DNA of 64,000 nucleotides from Candidatus Uhrbacteria bacterium RIFCSPLOWO2_01_FULL_47_25 (lineage in GTDB: Bacteria > Patescibacteriota > Patescibacteriia > GWA2-46-9): NCBI GenBank assembly GCA_001791325.1, contig MGEK01000004.1, forward strand, positions 8,566 to 72,565. The letters run 5' to 3'. Below are positions 45,202 to 54,991 of this stretch, in pieces. Positions within the stretch are counted from its first letter, which is position 1, and each line of letters opens with the position of its first letter. The notes under the pieces are model-generated. The model saw nothing but the letters and a program-made list of their open reading frames with translations, was not told the origin of the DNA and did not search any database. Made by a program: the position numbers and the translations under genes.

Positions 45202-46665
45202 ATGGCCACAGACGAGCTAACCGCGAGAAGGCAAAGGCTTGAACAGTTGCGCAAGCAAGGGTTTGATCCTTACCCCAGCACGATTAAGCGTTCGCACAGT
45301 ATTAAGGAAGTACGAGAGCAGTTTGGAGAATTGCAGAAAAAAGTGGAGACGATCACGGTTTGTGGACGAATTATGGCCATAAGGAAACATGGCGGGTCAA
45401 CTTTTTTTACAGTGCGCGACGACGCTCATAATTTACAAGTATACTGCAAGCGTGATGTTATCGGGCAGGATGCATATACTTCTTTGGAAACGCTTGATGG
45501 GGGTGATTTTTTAGAAATTACCGGCACCCTTTTTGTAACCCATGCCGGCGAACAGACCGTTTTAGCTAAAATTGCTCCACGTATTATAGCTAAGGCTTTA
45601 AGACCTTTGCCGGAAAAATGGCATGGCTTAAGCGACGTGGAAACCAGATATCGCAAAAGATATCTTGATCTTTTAATGAATGAAAGTGTGAGAGTCGTTC
45701 ATGAACGTCGCACAGAGATATCAAGTCTTATTAGAAAATTCTTAGAAGAGCGTGGGTTTACTGAAGTGGAAACGCCTATTTTACAGCAAATCCCGGGTGG
45801 CGCTACCGCTCAACCTTTTATGACTCACTTGAATGCCTTGGATCTTGATTTGTATTTGCGTATCGCTCCCGAGCTTTATTTAAAGCGCTTGCTGGTGGGC
45901 GGATTTACTAAAATTTTTGAGATAGCCCGGTGTTTTCGCAACGAAGGTATAGACCATGCCCATAATCCAGAATTCACGAATGTAGAGTTATATCAGGCTT
46001 ATATTGATTATCGTGATTTAATGCGACTGGTAGAAGAGTTAATGGCTGATTTGGTAAGCAAATTAACCGGTTCTTTGGAGTTTAATTTTGAAAAATATCA
46101 CCTTGATTTTACTCCGCCCTACGCGGTCAAGGATTGGATGCTGGTTTTGGAAGAAATATTGGGCGAAACAATAGAGCATATGACTGATGATTCGCTACGG
46201 CTGGTGTTGATAGAACACGGTGTTGAACTGGAAACCGCAGACGGGTATGGGGCAATGCTTGATAAGGCCTACAAAAAATTAGTGCGCCCCAATATCATTC
46301 AGCCAACATTTCTGATAGACCATCCAATTAGATTATCTCCTTTAGCCAAGCGGCATAAAGACAAACCTAATCGGGCGGAAAGATTTCAGCTGGTGTTGGG
46401 CGGAGGCATTGAACTAGTGAACGGCTTCTCTGAATTAAATGATCCGCTTGATCAACGCTCTAGATTTGATGAACAGGAACGTTTAAGGCAGGCTGGCGAC
46501 AAAGAAGCACAACGAATTGATGAAGATTTTTTGGAATGCCTGGAATATGGAATGCCTCCGGCCGCCGGTTTGGGTCTTGGTCTTGATCGCCTGGCCGCTC
46601 TTCTAACTAATAATCATTCGCTAAAAGAGGTTATCCTTTTTCCGACCTTGAGGCCAAAATCGTAA
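45202..46665 (+). CDS. lysS: Lysine--tRNA ligase (class II)
   Basis: LRIAPELYLKRL; FRNEGID..HNPEFT; ELNDP; YGMPP.AG.GLGLDRL. Confidence 0.98.
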   Translation: MATDELTARRQRLEQLRKQGFDPYPSTIKRSHSIKEVREQFGELQKKVETITVCGRIMAIRKHGGSTFFTVRDDAHNLQVYCKRDVIGQDAYTSLETLDGGDFLEITGTLFVTHAGEQTVLAKIAPRIIAKALRPLPEKWHGLSDVETRYRKRYLDLLMNESVRVVHERRTEISSLIRKFLEERGFTEVETPILQQIPGGATAQPFMTHLNALDLDLYLRIAPELYLKRLLVGGFTKIFEIARCFRNEGIDHAHNPEFTNVELYQAYIDYRDLMRLVEELMADLVSKLTGSLEFNFEKYHLDFTPPYAVKDWMLVLEEILGETIEHMTDDSLRLVLIEHGVELETADGYGAMLDKAYKKLVRPNIIQPTFLIDHPIRLSPLAKRHKDKPNRAERFQLVLGGGIELVNGFSELNDPLDQRSRFDEQERLRQAGDKEAQRIDEDFLECLEYGMPPAAGLGLGLDRLAALLTNNHSLKEVILFPTLRPKS

Positions 46666-46666
46666 T

Positions 46667-47101
46667 TTGTTATTTATGCAAATTAATAATTTAGTAATGG
46701 TATTTGGAACATTTGACGTGCTCCATCCAGGGCATTTGTGGTTTCTTAAAAAAGCGTCTCAATATGGACGATTAATTGTGGCCTTGACGCCGGATAAAAT
46801 GTGCCTCAAATATAAAGATCATTTGCCATGTCATAGTTTTATCCAACGGAAAAGTCATCTAGAGGATATTATTTATTTAGATAAGGTGATTAGCGCTGAT
46901 ACTCGGGCGGGATCTTGGCAAACAGTGCAACAATTGCGCCCATCTATTATCGTTTTGGGTTATGACCAAAAATTATTGAGGCGCCATTTAGAAAAACGTT
47001 TAAGAGAGTTAAATCTAAATCCTAGAATAATCATGTTAAAAGCTTATCGTCAGCATTTTTATCAGTCATCGCGCCTGCGAGCGATAGCCGAAACAGTATG
47101 A
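46667..47101 (+). CDS. Cytidylyltransferase-family protein (RibL/TagD-like)
   Basis: GTFDVLHPGH (HxGH motif); IVLGYDQ. Confidence 0.8.
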   Translation: MLFMQINNLVMVFGTFDVLHPGHLWFLKKASQYGRLIVALTPDKMCLKYKDHLPCHSFIQRKSHLEDIIYLDKVISADTRAGSWQTVQQLRPSIIVLGYDQKLLRRHLEKRLRELNLNPRIIMLKAYRQHFYQSSRLRAIAETV

Positions 47102-48342
47102 TTGATCCGATCATTCTTAGAGAAAACTCCAAAATTATTGAAGAAACACTCAAAAAGCGCGGCTGGCGCACAGATATTACTGCCGTTCAATCGGCTGACG
47201 AAAAGTACCGGCAATTGCTTCAGACCGTTGAAAAAATGCGAGCAGCGATCAACGAACGATCAAAAAGTAAGGTGACAATCAAAGAACAGGAAATTTTGCG
47301 TGTCGATAAGCGCAAGTTGAAAGCCAGTGAAACAGCCCTAGCCAAGGCTAAGTTGAAAGCGGAAGCGCTTTTGAGGGAATTACCCAATTTGCTTAAAGAT
47401 GATGTGCCGGCAGGGCAAGATGAAAACGATAACGTGGTCATAAAAGTTGTTGGCAAGCCGCCTCATTTCCCTTTCCCTTTTAAAGATTATTTAACCTTAG
47501 CCGCCGAGCATGATCTTATTGATCTTGAGCGGGCCGCTAAAGTTTCTGGATCCCGTTTTTATTATCTTAAAAACGAAGCAGCTTTGTTAAGCATGGCTTT
47601 AGTGCATTATGGTCTTGATCTGGCGGTCAATGAAGGATTCGTGCCAATTTTACCACCAGTTATGATCGGTGAGGAAGCCATGAGTGGTATGGGCTATCTT
47701 GAGCATGGTGGTGAAGATGAAACGTATCATTTTATAAAAGACAACTTATACTTAGTTGGAACGTCGGAGCAGTCTATAGGGCCTATGCACAAGGATGAAA
47801 TCATTGAAGCCGATCGTCTGCCGCTTCGCTATGTTGCTTTTTCAACATGTTTCAGGCGCGAAGCCGGATCATATGGCAAGGACACGAAGGGCATTTTAAG
47901 AGTCCATCAATTTGATAAGTTGGAAATGTTTTCAATTACTACTCCTGAACGGTCTAACGAAGAACAAGAGTATTTATTGTCATTGCAAGAGAAATTCATG
48001 AACGGACTTGGTCTTGCCTATAGAGTGGTCAAACTTTGCGCTGGAGATTTGGGTGCTCCCAGCGCTCGTACCTATGACATAGAAACATGGATACCATCAC
48101 AGAATCGATATCGCGAAACCCACTCCACCTCAACCACGACAGATTTTCAATCCCGTCGTTTGCGTATTAGGTATCGCCGGCCGGATGGAACAGTCGCGCT
48201 CGTGCATATGCTGAACGGAACCTTGGTGGCGGTTAATCGTCCGTTAATTGCTATTTTAGAATATGGCCAGAAAGAGAATGGAACAATTAATTTGCCGTTG
48301 GTATTGAAGCCCTACCTCTTTGGGAAAGAATATATTGCATAA
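47098..48342 (+). CDS. serS: Serine--tRNA ligase
   Basis: AAKVSGSRF; GTSEQ; FRREAGSYGKDTKGILRVHQFDKLE; HMLNGT. Confidence 0.98.
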   Translation: MIDPIILRENSKIIEETLKKRGWRTDITAVQSADEKYRQLLQTVEKMRAAINERSKSKVTIKEQEILRVDKRKLKASETALAKAKLKAEALLRELPNLLKDDVPAGQDENDNVVIKVVGKPPHFPFPFKDYLTLAAEHDLIDLERAAKVSGSRFYYLKNEAALLSMALVHYGLDLAVNEGFVPILPPVMIGEEAMSGMGYLEHGGEDETYHFIKDNLYLVGTSEQSIGPMHKDEIIEADRLPLRYVAFSTCFRREAGSYGKDTKGILRVHQFDKLEMFSITTPERSNEEQEYLLSLQEKFMNGLGLAYRVVKLCAGDLGAPSARTYDIETWIPSQNRYRETHSTSTTTDFQSRRLRIRYRRPDGTVALVHMLNGTLVAVNRPLIAILEYGQKENGTINLPLVLKPYLFGKEYIA

Positions 48343-48344
48343 GC

Positions 48345-49520
48345 ATGGCTGGTTTAGGTGATACTATTGAGCTATCTCTCATAAAGCAAATGGAGATGCT
48401 GGCTATGAGCCAGCCGGGAGTTATATCATTAGCTCAAGGTATTCCTTCGTTTGATACGCCAGAGCCAATTAAACGCCGTTCTGTTGAGGCTATTAATGAA
48501 GGGCGTGTTGCTCAATATTCATCCAGCTCTGGATTATCGGATTTAAGAGAGGACATTGAGGACGAGCTTGAAAGAGACGGCATGTCGTATGACTTTGCAA
48601 AAGAAATTATCGTGACTGCCGGATCAATTGAGGCTATTTGCGCGACTTTGCTGGCTATTTTAGATCCGGGCGATGAGGTGATATTGCCATCGCCAACCTA
48701 TACTTCATATGTACAAGCTATTTTGGTTGCTCGCGGAGTGCCGATTTTCATTCCGCTTCATGAAGAAAGTGGCTGGACACTTGATTTAGATTGTTTAAAG
48801 AATAAATTAACTTCAAGAACACGCGCCATTCTTTTATGCAACCCCAATAATCCCACGGGCTCTATTTTCTCCAAAAAACAATTATTAGCTATTGGAGCAA
48901 TCGCTGAATCGTATAATTTAATTATTTTGACTGATGAAGTATATAAAGATTTTATATATGATAAAGAGGCAAAAAATAATTTTTTTACCTTAGCCAGCAT
49001 ATCTGCTTTGCGACACCGCGTAGTACGTATTTTTAGTTTTTCTAAGGCCTACGCAATGACCGGATGGCGTATTGGTTATTTGCATACTGACCGCGCTCTA
49101 GCACAACGTATTCTTAGAGTTCATGATAGCTTAATTACTTGCGCTCCCGTGGTCTCGCAACATGCGGCTATGGCCGCTCTGCGGTTAAAGCCGCATGAAC
49201 TACAACATTATATTGACGAATACATGGTAAGGCGACAAATACTTTGCGATGGGCTTAATGCTTTGGACGAGTATTTTAGTCATACTGTTCCGGCGGCGAC
49301 TTATTTTGTTTTTCCGAAAATTAAGATTAAAATGTTTCCTGCCTATAATGGGTCCTTCTCTTTTGCCAAAGAGCTGCTGGAAAAAGTAAACTTGGCTGTT
49401 GTTCCGGGAATCGCTTTTGGTCCAGAAGGGGAGCATCATTTGCGATTATCCTTCGGCCGTTCACGCCATGATATAAACGAGGGGTTGCGAAGATTGAGCG
49501 TATTCATTAAGATGATTTAA
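48345..49520 (+). CDS. PLP-dependent aminotransferase, class I/II
   Basis: NPNNPTG; DEVY; SFSKAYAMTGWRIGY; LRLSF. Confidence 0.93.
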   Translation: MAGLGDTIELSLIKQMEMLAMSQPGVISLAQGIPSFDTPEPIKRRSVEAINEGRVAQYSSSSGLSDLREDIEDELERDGMSYDFAKEIIVTAGSIEAICATLLAILDPGDEVILPSPTYTSYVQAILVARGVPIFIPLHEESGWTLDLDCLKNKLTSRTRAILLCNPNNPTGSIFSKKQLLAIGAIAESYNLIILTDEVYKDFIYDKEAKNNFFTLASISALRHRVVRIFSFSKAYAMTGWRIGYLHTDRALAQRILRVHDSLITCAPVVSQHAAMAALRLKPHELQHYIDEYMVRRQILCDGLNALDEYFSHTVPAATYFVFPKIKIKMFPAYNGSFSFAKELLEKVNLAVVPGIAFGPEGEHHLRLSFGRSRHDINEGLRRLSVFIKMI

Positions 49521-49521
49521 T

Positions 49522-50250
49522 ATGCGTATCATGCTAAAAAAATTAGTGGAGCGTTATCTGCGATTTTTGACCGGTATAGTAATTTATCGCCATCAGCCAG
49601 ACATAATAGCGATAGCCGGAATTACCAGCAAAACCACCACAAAAAAATATATTGTTGATCATCTGCGTCAAATTGGTCTGGATGTAAGAGCCAATCCCAA
49701 AAGCTACAATACGGAGATAGGGCTACCCTTGGCGGTTTTATACGTGGAAGTATCAGGATATGCCTGGAAATCCTGGTTAAAAACGATTTGGCAATGTACG
49801 ACAATAGCCTTATTTTCCAAAAGATTTCCTAAAATACTGGTTCTGGAATTCGGGGTAAGCGGGGTGGGGGATATGAAGCACTTACTCAATATCGTTAAGC
49901 CACGCATAGCTGTATTTACGAATATTAGGCCATCTGATTTTAACCCAAACACAACGATTGATGAGCTAAATTCTGAAATGCTTGATCTTATGAAAGTAAT
50001 CCTCAATAACGGGTTGGTTATTTATAATTGGGATGACAATAATTTGCGTGCTTTGGCTAATCAATTTTCAGGGCAAAAGATCAGTTATGGTATCGGAGAA
50101 GGGGCAGATATTCAAGCAACCAATATTCAGCAGCATCTTGATGGGTTGTCCTGGGCTGTCTATGGTCAAAAAAGAAAGACGATAAAGTCCGGTCTGCACC
50201 ATATTTATGCTGAGTTGGCAGCCGATGCGGTGGCTAGAAGTTTTAAGTAA
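49522..50250 (+). CDS. Mur-ligase central-domain protein (MurF-like, short)
   Basis: IAGITSKTTTK; SYNTEIGLPL; VLEFG; PRIAVFTN; NWDD; lacks the C-terminal domain. Confidence 0.7.
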   Translation: MRIMLKKLVERYLRFLTGIVIYRHQPDIIAIAGITSKTTTKKYIVDHLRQIGLDVRANPKSYNTEIGLPLAVLYVEVSGYAWKSWLKTIWQCTTIALFSKRFPKILVLEFGVSGVGDMKHLLNIVKPRIAVFTNIRPSDFNPNTTIDELNSEMLDLMKVILNNGLVIYNWDDNNLRALANQFSGQKISYGIGEGADIQATNIQQHLDGLSWAVYGQKRKTIKSGLHHIYAELAADAVARSFK

Positions 50251-50358
50251 CCTATGAATAAAAAATATGCGCGGCAATATCGCGCACTGTGGCTATAATC
50301 TGGCTTCTTCTAGAAGTCTATAAAAATAAAAGGCTCCCTTTAGCTCAAATTTCTGCTT

Positions 50359-51210
50359 ATGCTGGTTTCGCGCTGGGGTCGCCAACCTATAAAGAAAAAA
50401 TGGCCAACTTTGAATTATCCAACAAATAGAAGAAACTATTCAGTAAGAGGCTTTCGGTCATTCAAGAGATATTTTGTGGCGTTATTTCTTTTATTTAGCG
50501 TCTATTTTTTTATTTATTCTTCTATTTTTGACATTAATCGTATCATTATATTGGGTAACGCCACTATAAATGCAAAAATCATAGAAGATATAGTTGATCA
50601 AATAAAAAAAGAAAAAAGATGGTTTATTTTTCCGCAGAAGAATATTTTATTTTTTGACGATAATTTTTTGAAATCTGAATTGATGAACAATATCCATTTA
50701 GATTCTGTACAAATTAAAAAACGTCCATGGGGTACGTTATATATATCTATTTCCGAAAAAACAGCCGTTGCTTTGTGGTTGAATCGTGGTCGTCACTATA
50801 CCCTTGACAAACAGGGAAAAATAATTGATGAAATTGGTTCTGTCTCCAATGATCAAGTTGATAATTTTGTAAAGATTACGAATAACTCATTAATACAAGA
50901 AACTAAAATAGGGGAGAGGGTAATGTCAGACCACGTTCTGGAAACTATCAAAAATATTAATTCCAAACTGCCGCCACAGATTGGAATTAAATTTAATTTA
51001 TTTGATATAAGTGAGGCTGAACAAGGAAAAATTATCGCTCGTACGGCTGAGAATTTTGCGGTTTACTTTAGTACCATTGCTGATGTAGCTCCTGAATTAA
51101 ACAAGCTAATCGCTTTTGTTTTAGAGAAAGATCGAGTTGATCGTAATTGGCGTGATAATATAAGCTATATTGACCTGCGTTTTGGCAGTACGAGAATTTA
51201 TTACAAGTGA
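50359..51210 (+). CDS. FtsQ/DivIB-like POTRA protein
   Basis: TM; F.I..I.I.GN; C-terminal YIDLRFG. Confidence 0.75.
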   Translation: MLVSRWGRQPIKKKWPTLNYPTNRRNYSVRGFRSFKRYFVALFLLFSVYFFIYSSIFDINRIIILGNATINAKIIEDIVDQIKKEKRWFIFPQKNILFFDDNFLKSELMNNIHLDSVQIKKRPWGTLYISISEKTAVALWLNRGRHYTLDKQGKIIDEIGSVSNDQVDNFVKITNNSLIQETKIGERVMSDHVLETIKNINSKLPPQIGIKFNLFDISEAEQGKIIARTAENFAVYFSTIADVAPELNKLIAFVLEKDRVDRNWRDNISYIDLRFGSTRIYYK

Positions 51211-51293
51211 ATCTCAGTTTGCGTCGACAGACATAGGGAAGTAACCTTTAAAATAGATTAATTTGTACTAGAATATCCGATATTTATTATGTA

Positions 51294-51325
51294 AAAACTC
51301 TCATACTACATAGTATGATAGTTTT
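51294..51325. repeat. Near-perfect palindrome, copy of 31579-31610
   Basis: aaaactctcatactacatagtatgatagtttt. Confidence 0.8.
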
Positions 51326-51419
51326 AGATCATTATAATATTGTACGACACAAAAATTACTGTTAATAATTGATCAATGAGTGCTATACTGAATACAGCCC
51401 ATAATCAAGGAGGGACAAA

Positions 51420-51608
51420 ATGAGACAACAGACGGCGAAAGTTACCCGTCAAAAAACTAAGCTGGCTGGCAAGGAGGCTGATCGTACAGTAAGGCAAGTT
51501 ATGAATCGCATGGTCAAGTTCGTAGGCTGGCCTAAATCAAGGGCAAGGCGTGCCGCCCGAAATTGGGTTAAGGCAATCAATAAGGGTGAGGTGGAATTTG
51601 GCAGTTAA
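51420..51608 (+). CDS. Small basic protein (62 aa)
   Basis: AAGGAGG Shine-Dalgarno; TGcTATACT extended -10 at 51381; downstream hairpin. Confidence 0.6.
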   Translation: MRQQTAKVTRQKTKLAGKEADRTVRQVMNRMVKFVGWPKSRARRAARNWVKAINKGEVEFGS

Positions 51609-51633
51609 CTGGTGCTGTCAGCCGGGCTTGTTC

Positions 51634-51660
51634 AAGGAAGATACCTCTAGTATCTTCCTT
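51634..51660 (+). terminator. Hairpin, probable terminator
   Basis: aaggaagatac-ctcta-gtatcttcctt. Confidence 0.5.
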
Positions 51661-51742
51661 TATCTTCCTTATGATGTCGTAAAAGGTATATTGTGCGACG
51701 CAATATACATATTGTAATAATGTTTTTTTACCTCTCCCCTAG

Positions 51743-52150
51743 TTAAAATCGCTCAACAAACAATCTTTTGCCAGCAAAGAAAGTTATTAGAGCAACTATG
51801 GCTTGCGCTAAACTTATCACAGTGATTCCTGAAGGGGATATTAAGGCCAAGGTTATAATTATTATAAACACAGACCAACCCAATAAATCATATTGCAATT
51901 CAGCCAATGGTGACCACCGTAAGTATGTTTTTGCTTCATTCTCCCCTATTCCGGCGCCTTGCTTGGTTTGTTTGTGATATTTATAGATTGAAAACCAGCC
52001 GCTAAAAATGATGGCGGTTAAGCCCATAATAATCATCGCGGTTTTTGTCAGATTTTCTAGGGCCTCATAATAAGCGATATAAAAAACAAAAAAAGCAACC
52101 AATAAAAATAACCAAAGTAATTGTTTTATCATTTCCGCAAATTGATTCAT
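51743..52150 (-). CDS. Hypothetical four-TM membrane protein
   Basis: Four hydrophobic segments. Confidence 0.6.
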   Translation of the reverse strand: MNQFAEMIKQLLWLFLLVAFFVFYIAYYEALENLTKTAMIIMGLTAIIFSGWFSIYKYHKQTKQGAGIGENEAKTYLRWSPLAELQYDLLGWSVFIIIITLALISPSGITVISLAQAIVALITFFAGKRLFVERF

Positions 52151-52162
52151 ATTAATTATTTA

Positions 52163-52261
52163 CCTCGCACCATGCCTGCTGAATAGGCAGGGCTTGTGCT
52201 GTGTATTTGAGTATTCCTCCTCACGCTACGCTGACGCGTGGTAATTCTGCATGGTGCGGGG
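52163..52261. mobile_element. Hairpin mini-element, subfamily C
   Basis: cctcgcaccatgc/gcatggtgcgggg; flanks TTTA/TTCA; 3' part similar to 31698-31803. Confidence 0.75.
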
Positions 52262-52306
52262 TTCATTTACGGCTTTACAGGCATAATTTTGGTGGTACGG
52301 GGGGTT

Positions 52307-53521
52307 TTACGGCAAAAATGGCAAAGGATCCTGGGGAATTCCGCTGAGACGCGTCTCAAAGTGTAAATGCGGGCCAGTACTAAACGGCCCGGCTCCCGGG
52401 GTGCCTGGAATGCCTCCAGACAAAGCAATTACTTCGCCCTGCGCCACAAATGAATCTTGCTTAACCATTATTTTTGAAACATGGCCATATACGGTGGCCA
52501 GCCCGCCATTGTGAATAATCATGACAAAGCCATAACCTCGCTTGCCGCCGGTTTGGACGCGGGCTACATAACCAGAGGCGGCCGTTCTAATGGGCGTTCC
52601 CTGATAAGCGCGTATATCAATACCAGAATGCTCAAACAGGCGGCGAAATGGGTAATCTGGATCATGAAATAGCGTAGATAATCCGCGATTGCGAGGCACG
52701 GGCCAGATTAAAACCGGTTTCTCGCCGTCCGTGGTTAATCCTTCTTGGCGTAAGCGTTCCCGCACTTCACGTTCAAGATTTGTTATTTCTTGATTGGTTT
52801 GCTCTTGCTCACGACGCGCCTCCTCTAGGAGAGCAGAAAAACGCTGTTCTGATGAACGGGTTTCTTGTAATAAATAAGCTTTGCTCTCTTGTTGTGCCTC
52901 AAATGATAGCTGTTGCTCTTCCAAAATGCTAAGTTCCTCAACCAGTCCTTGCCGTTTATCCTCTAATTGTTTTTTATCATCATTGAGTCTATTTTTTAGA
53001 GCTTCAACATCACTTACTAGACGCCCGATACTGATTTGTACTGTTTTAATTTGTTTCAGTTCTCCATAAAAATCAGCAAACGACGACCGTGTAAATAGGA
53101 TTTGAATTATGCTTCTGCTCTGTTCACGAGCAAGCCATCTCACCAAGGCCCCCAACTGCTCTTTATACTCCGAAATTTGTTTTTCTTTAGCACGAATGCT
53201 GTTTTCTAATCCGCTAATTTCTAAATTAGTAACCTCCACATTAGTTCGCCCCATCTCTATATCAAGAGCTGTTTTATTAAGGCGATCCGTTAGAATAGTA
53301 AGTTGATTTGATAAGGTCAGTCGTTCTTGCCTTTTTTGTTGAAGATTGATTTCGTAAATGGCCGCTTTTTTCTTAAGATCTTCTACTCTTTGCAATTTTT
53401 CTCGCAGAGTGGCTTGCAGGTCATTAACTTCCTCGGCCAAAACAATGGTTGGTAAGATAATAATAAGGGCACTGAAAGTCATTATGAATGTTGTAGAATA
53501 TCTCTGCTTAAAAATACGCAT
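52307..53521 (-). CDS. Coiled-coil M23 peptidase (EnvC/CwlO-like)
   Basis: Signal peptide; long coiled coil; HSGID; YGH; STGPHLHFE. Confidence 0.9.
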   Translation of the reverse strand: MRIFKQRYSTTFIMTFSALIIILPTIVLAEEVNDLQATLREKLQRVEDLKKKAAIYEINLQQKRQERLTLSNQLTILTDRLNKTALDIEMGRTNVEVTNLEISGLENSIRAKEKQISEYKEQLGALVRWLAREQSRSIIQILFTRSSFADFYGELKQIKTVQISIGRLVSDVEALKNRLNDDKKQLEDKRQGLVEELSILEEQQLSFEAQQESKAYLLQETRSSEQRFSALLEEARREQEQTNQEITNLEREVRERLRQEGLTTDGEKPVLIWPVPRNRGLSTLFHDPDYPFRRLFEHSGIDIRAYQGTPIRTAASGYVARVQTGGKRGYGFVMIIHNGGLATVYGHVSKIMVKQDSFVAQGEVIALSGGIPGTPGAGPFSTGPHLHFETRLSGIPQDPLPFLP

Positions 53522-53522
53522 A

Positions 53523-54989
53523 TTAACTCAATTTTTTTATGGCTTGAGTAATTCTGGATAACGTTTTGGTCTTACCCAAAATAGAGGCGGTGATAAATGG
53601 GCCAGGACTTTCTTTTAAGCCGGTTAAAGCGACTCGCAGAGGCCACAAGGTCTCCCCTACTCCTAATTTTTCTTCATTGATTACCGTCTTAATAATATCT
53701 TCAAGATTGGTTTCGCTAAAATCAGATTCAGGGCAGCTCTCTAAAAGTTTAATCAAGCGCTTTAATTTTTGTAAAGTAACGGCCGGATTAGTGGTTTTCC
53801 AATTTAACAGTTTGGCCTCATAATCCGGTTGGCGAAACAAGAAACCGACGATATCTGGCACTTCGGAAAATTTTTTAGCTCTCTCGGCTACAAGTAAACT
53901 AATTTGCTCAAGCTGGTTATCTGTCAGATTTTTAGCACCAACTTGTTCAAGGTATGGTTTTGCCAAGCGAATGATCTCAAGGGTTGGTAAAGATTTCAAA
54001 TAATGGGCATTAAACCAATCAAGCTTCTGGTTATCAAAAATGGCCCCTGATTTGTTCACGGTGTTAAGATCAAATTTATCAATTAATTCTTCCCGAGTAA
54101 AAAACTCTTTTGATGTTTTTGGATTCCAGCCCAGCAAAGCCAGGTAGTTAATTATGGCCCCTGGCAGATAACCGTCATCACGAAATTTGAGAATATCGGT
54201 GCTACCATGGCGTTTGCTTAATTTGGAACGATCACGGCCTAGGATTAATGGTAAATGAGCGAAGCGGGGGGGTGTCCAGCCAAGAGCTTTGTACATAATC
54301 AGTTGTTTGGGCGTGGAAGGCAGCCATTCTTCGGCACGAATAACTGGATCAATATTCATAAGATGATCGTCAACAACCGAAGCAAGATGATAAGTGGGCC
54401 AACCATCGCTTTTTAAGAGCACCTGGTCATCAATAACGGCATTCTTAAAGTGAACACGTCCGCGTATCAAATCATTAACAGTGGTCTCCCCTATTTTTGG
54501 TATTTTCAAACGAATTATTGATAGTTCTCCAGATTGGACGCGCTTAAATGATTCTTGTGCATTAAGAGATCGACAATGACCATCATAACCTACTGGTTTT
54601 TTTGTTTTTTCTTGTTCCAGTCGTAGTTTTTGCAATCGCTCCGGCGCGCAAAAACAATAATAAGCATCCTCACTCGTCACTAAACGATCAGCGTAATCTT
54701 TATATAATATCAATCGTTCCGATTGACGATATGGGCCGTACGGACCGCCAATATCGGGCCCCTCATCATAATTGATCTGAAACCAGCGTAAAGCCTCAAT
54801 TATTTTGTTCTCAGCGCCCGGCCTCAATCTTGTTTGATCTGTATCTTCAATTCTTAAAATAAAATTGCCGTGATGGTGTTTAGCGTAAAGCCAATTAAAA
54901 AGAGCCGTCCAAATACTGCCAATATGCGGGTCGCCTGTTGGCGAAGGCGCAAAACGGGTACGAACTTTTGTGGGTTTTTTGTTCGGCAT
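53523..54989 (-). CDS. gltX: Glutamate--tRNA ligase
   Basis: RFAPSPTG.PHIG; LRIEDTD; KLSKR. Confidence 0.97.
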   Translation of the reverse strand: MPNKKPTKVRTRFAPSPTGDPHIGSIWTALFNWLYAKHHHGNFILRIEDTDQTRLRPGAENKIIEALRWFQINYDEGPDIGGPYGPYRQSERLILYKDYADRLVTSEDAYYCFCAPERLQKLRLEQEKTKKPVGYDGHCRSLNAQESFKRVQSGELSIIRLKIPKIGETTVNDLIRGRVHFKNAVIDDQVLLKSDGWPTYHLASVVDDHLMNIDPVIRAEEWLPSTPKQLIMYKALGWTPPRFAHLPLILGRDRSKLSKRHGSTDILKFRDDGYLPGAIINYLALLGWNPKTSKEFFTREELIDKFDLNTVNKSGAIFDNQKLDWFNAHYLKSLPTLEIIRLAKPYLEQVGAKNLTDNQLEQISLLVAERAKKFSEVPDIVGFLFRQPDYEAKLLNWKTTNPAVTLQKLKRLIKLLESCPESDFSETNLEDIIKTVINEEKLGVGETLWPLRVALTGLKESPGPFITASILGKTKTLSRITQAIKKLS

Positions 54990-54991
54990 TA

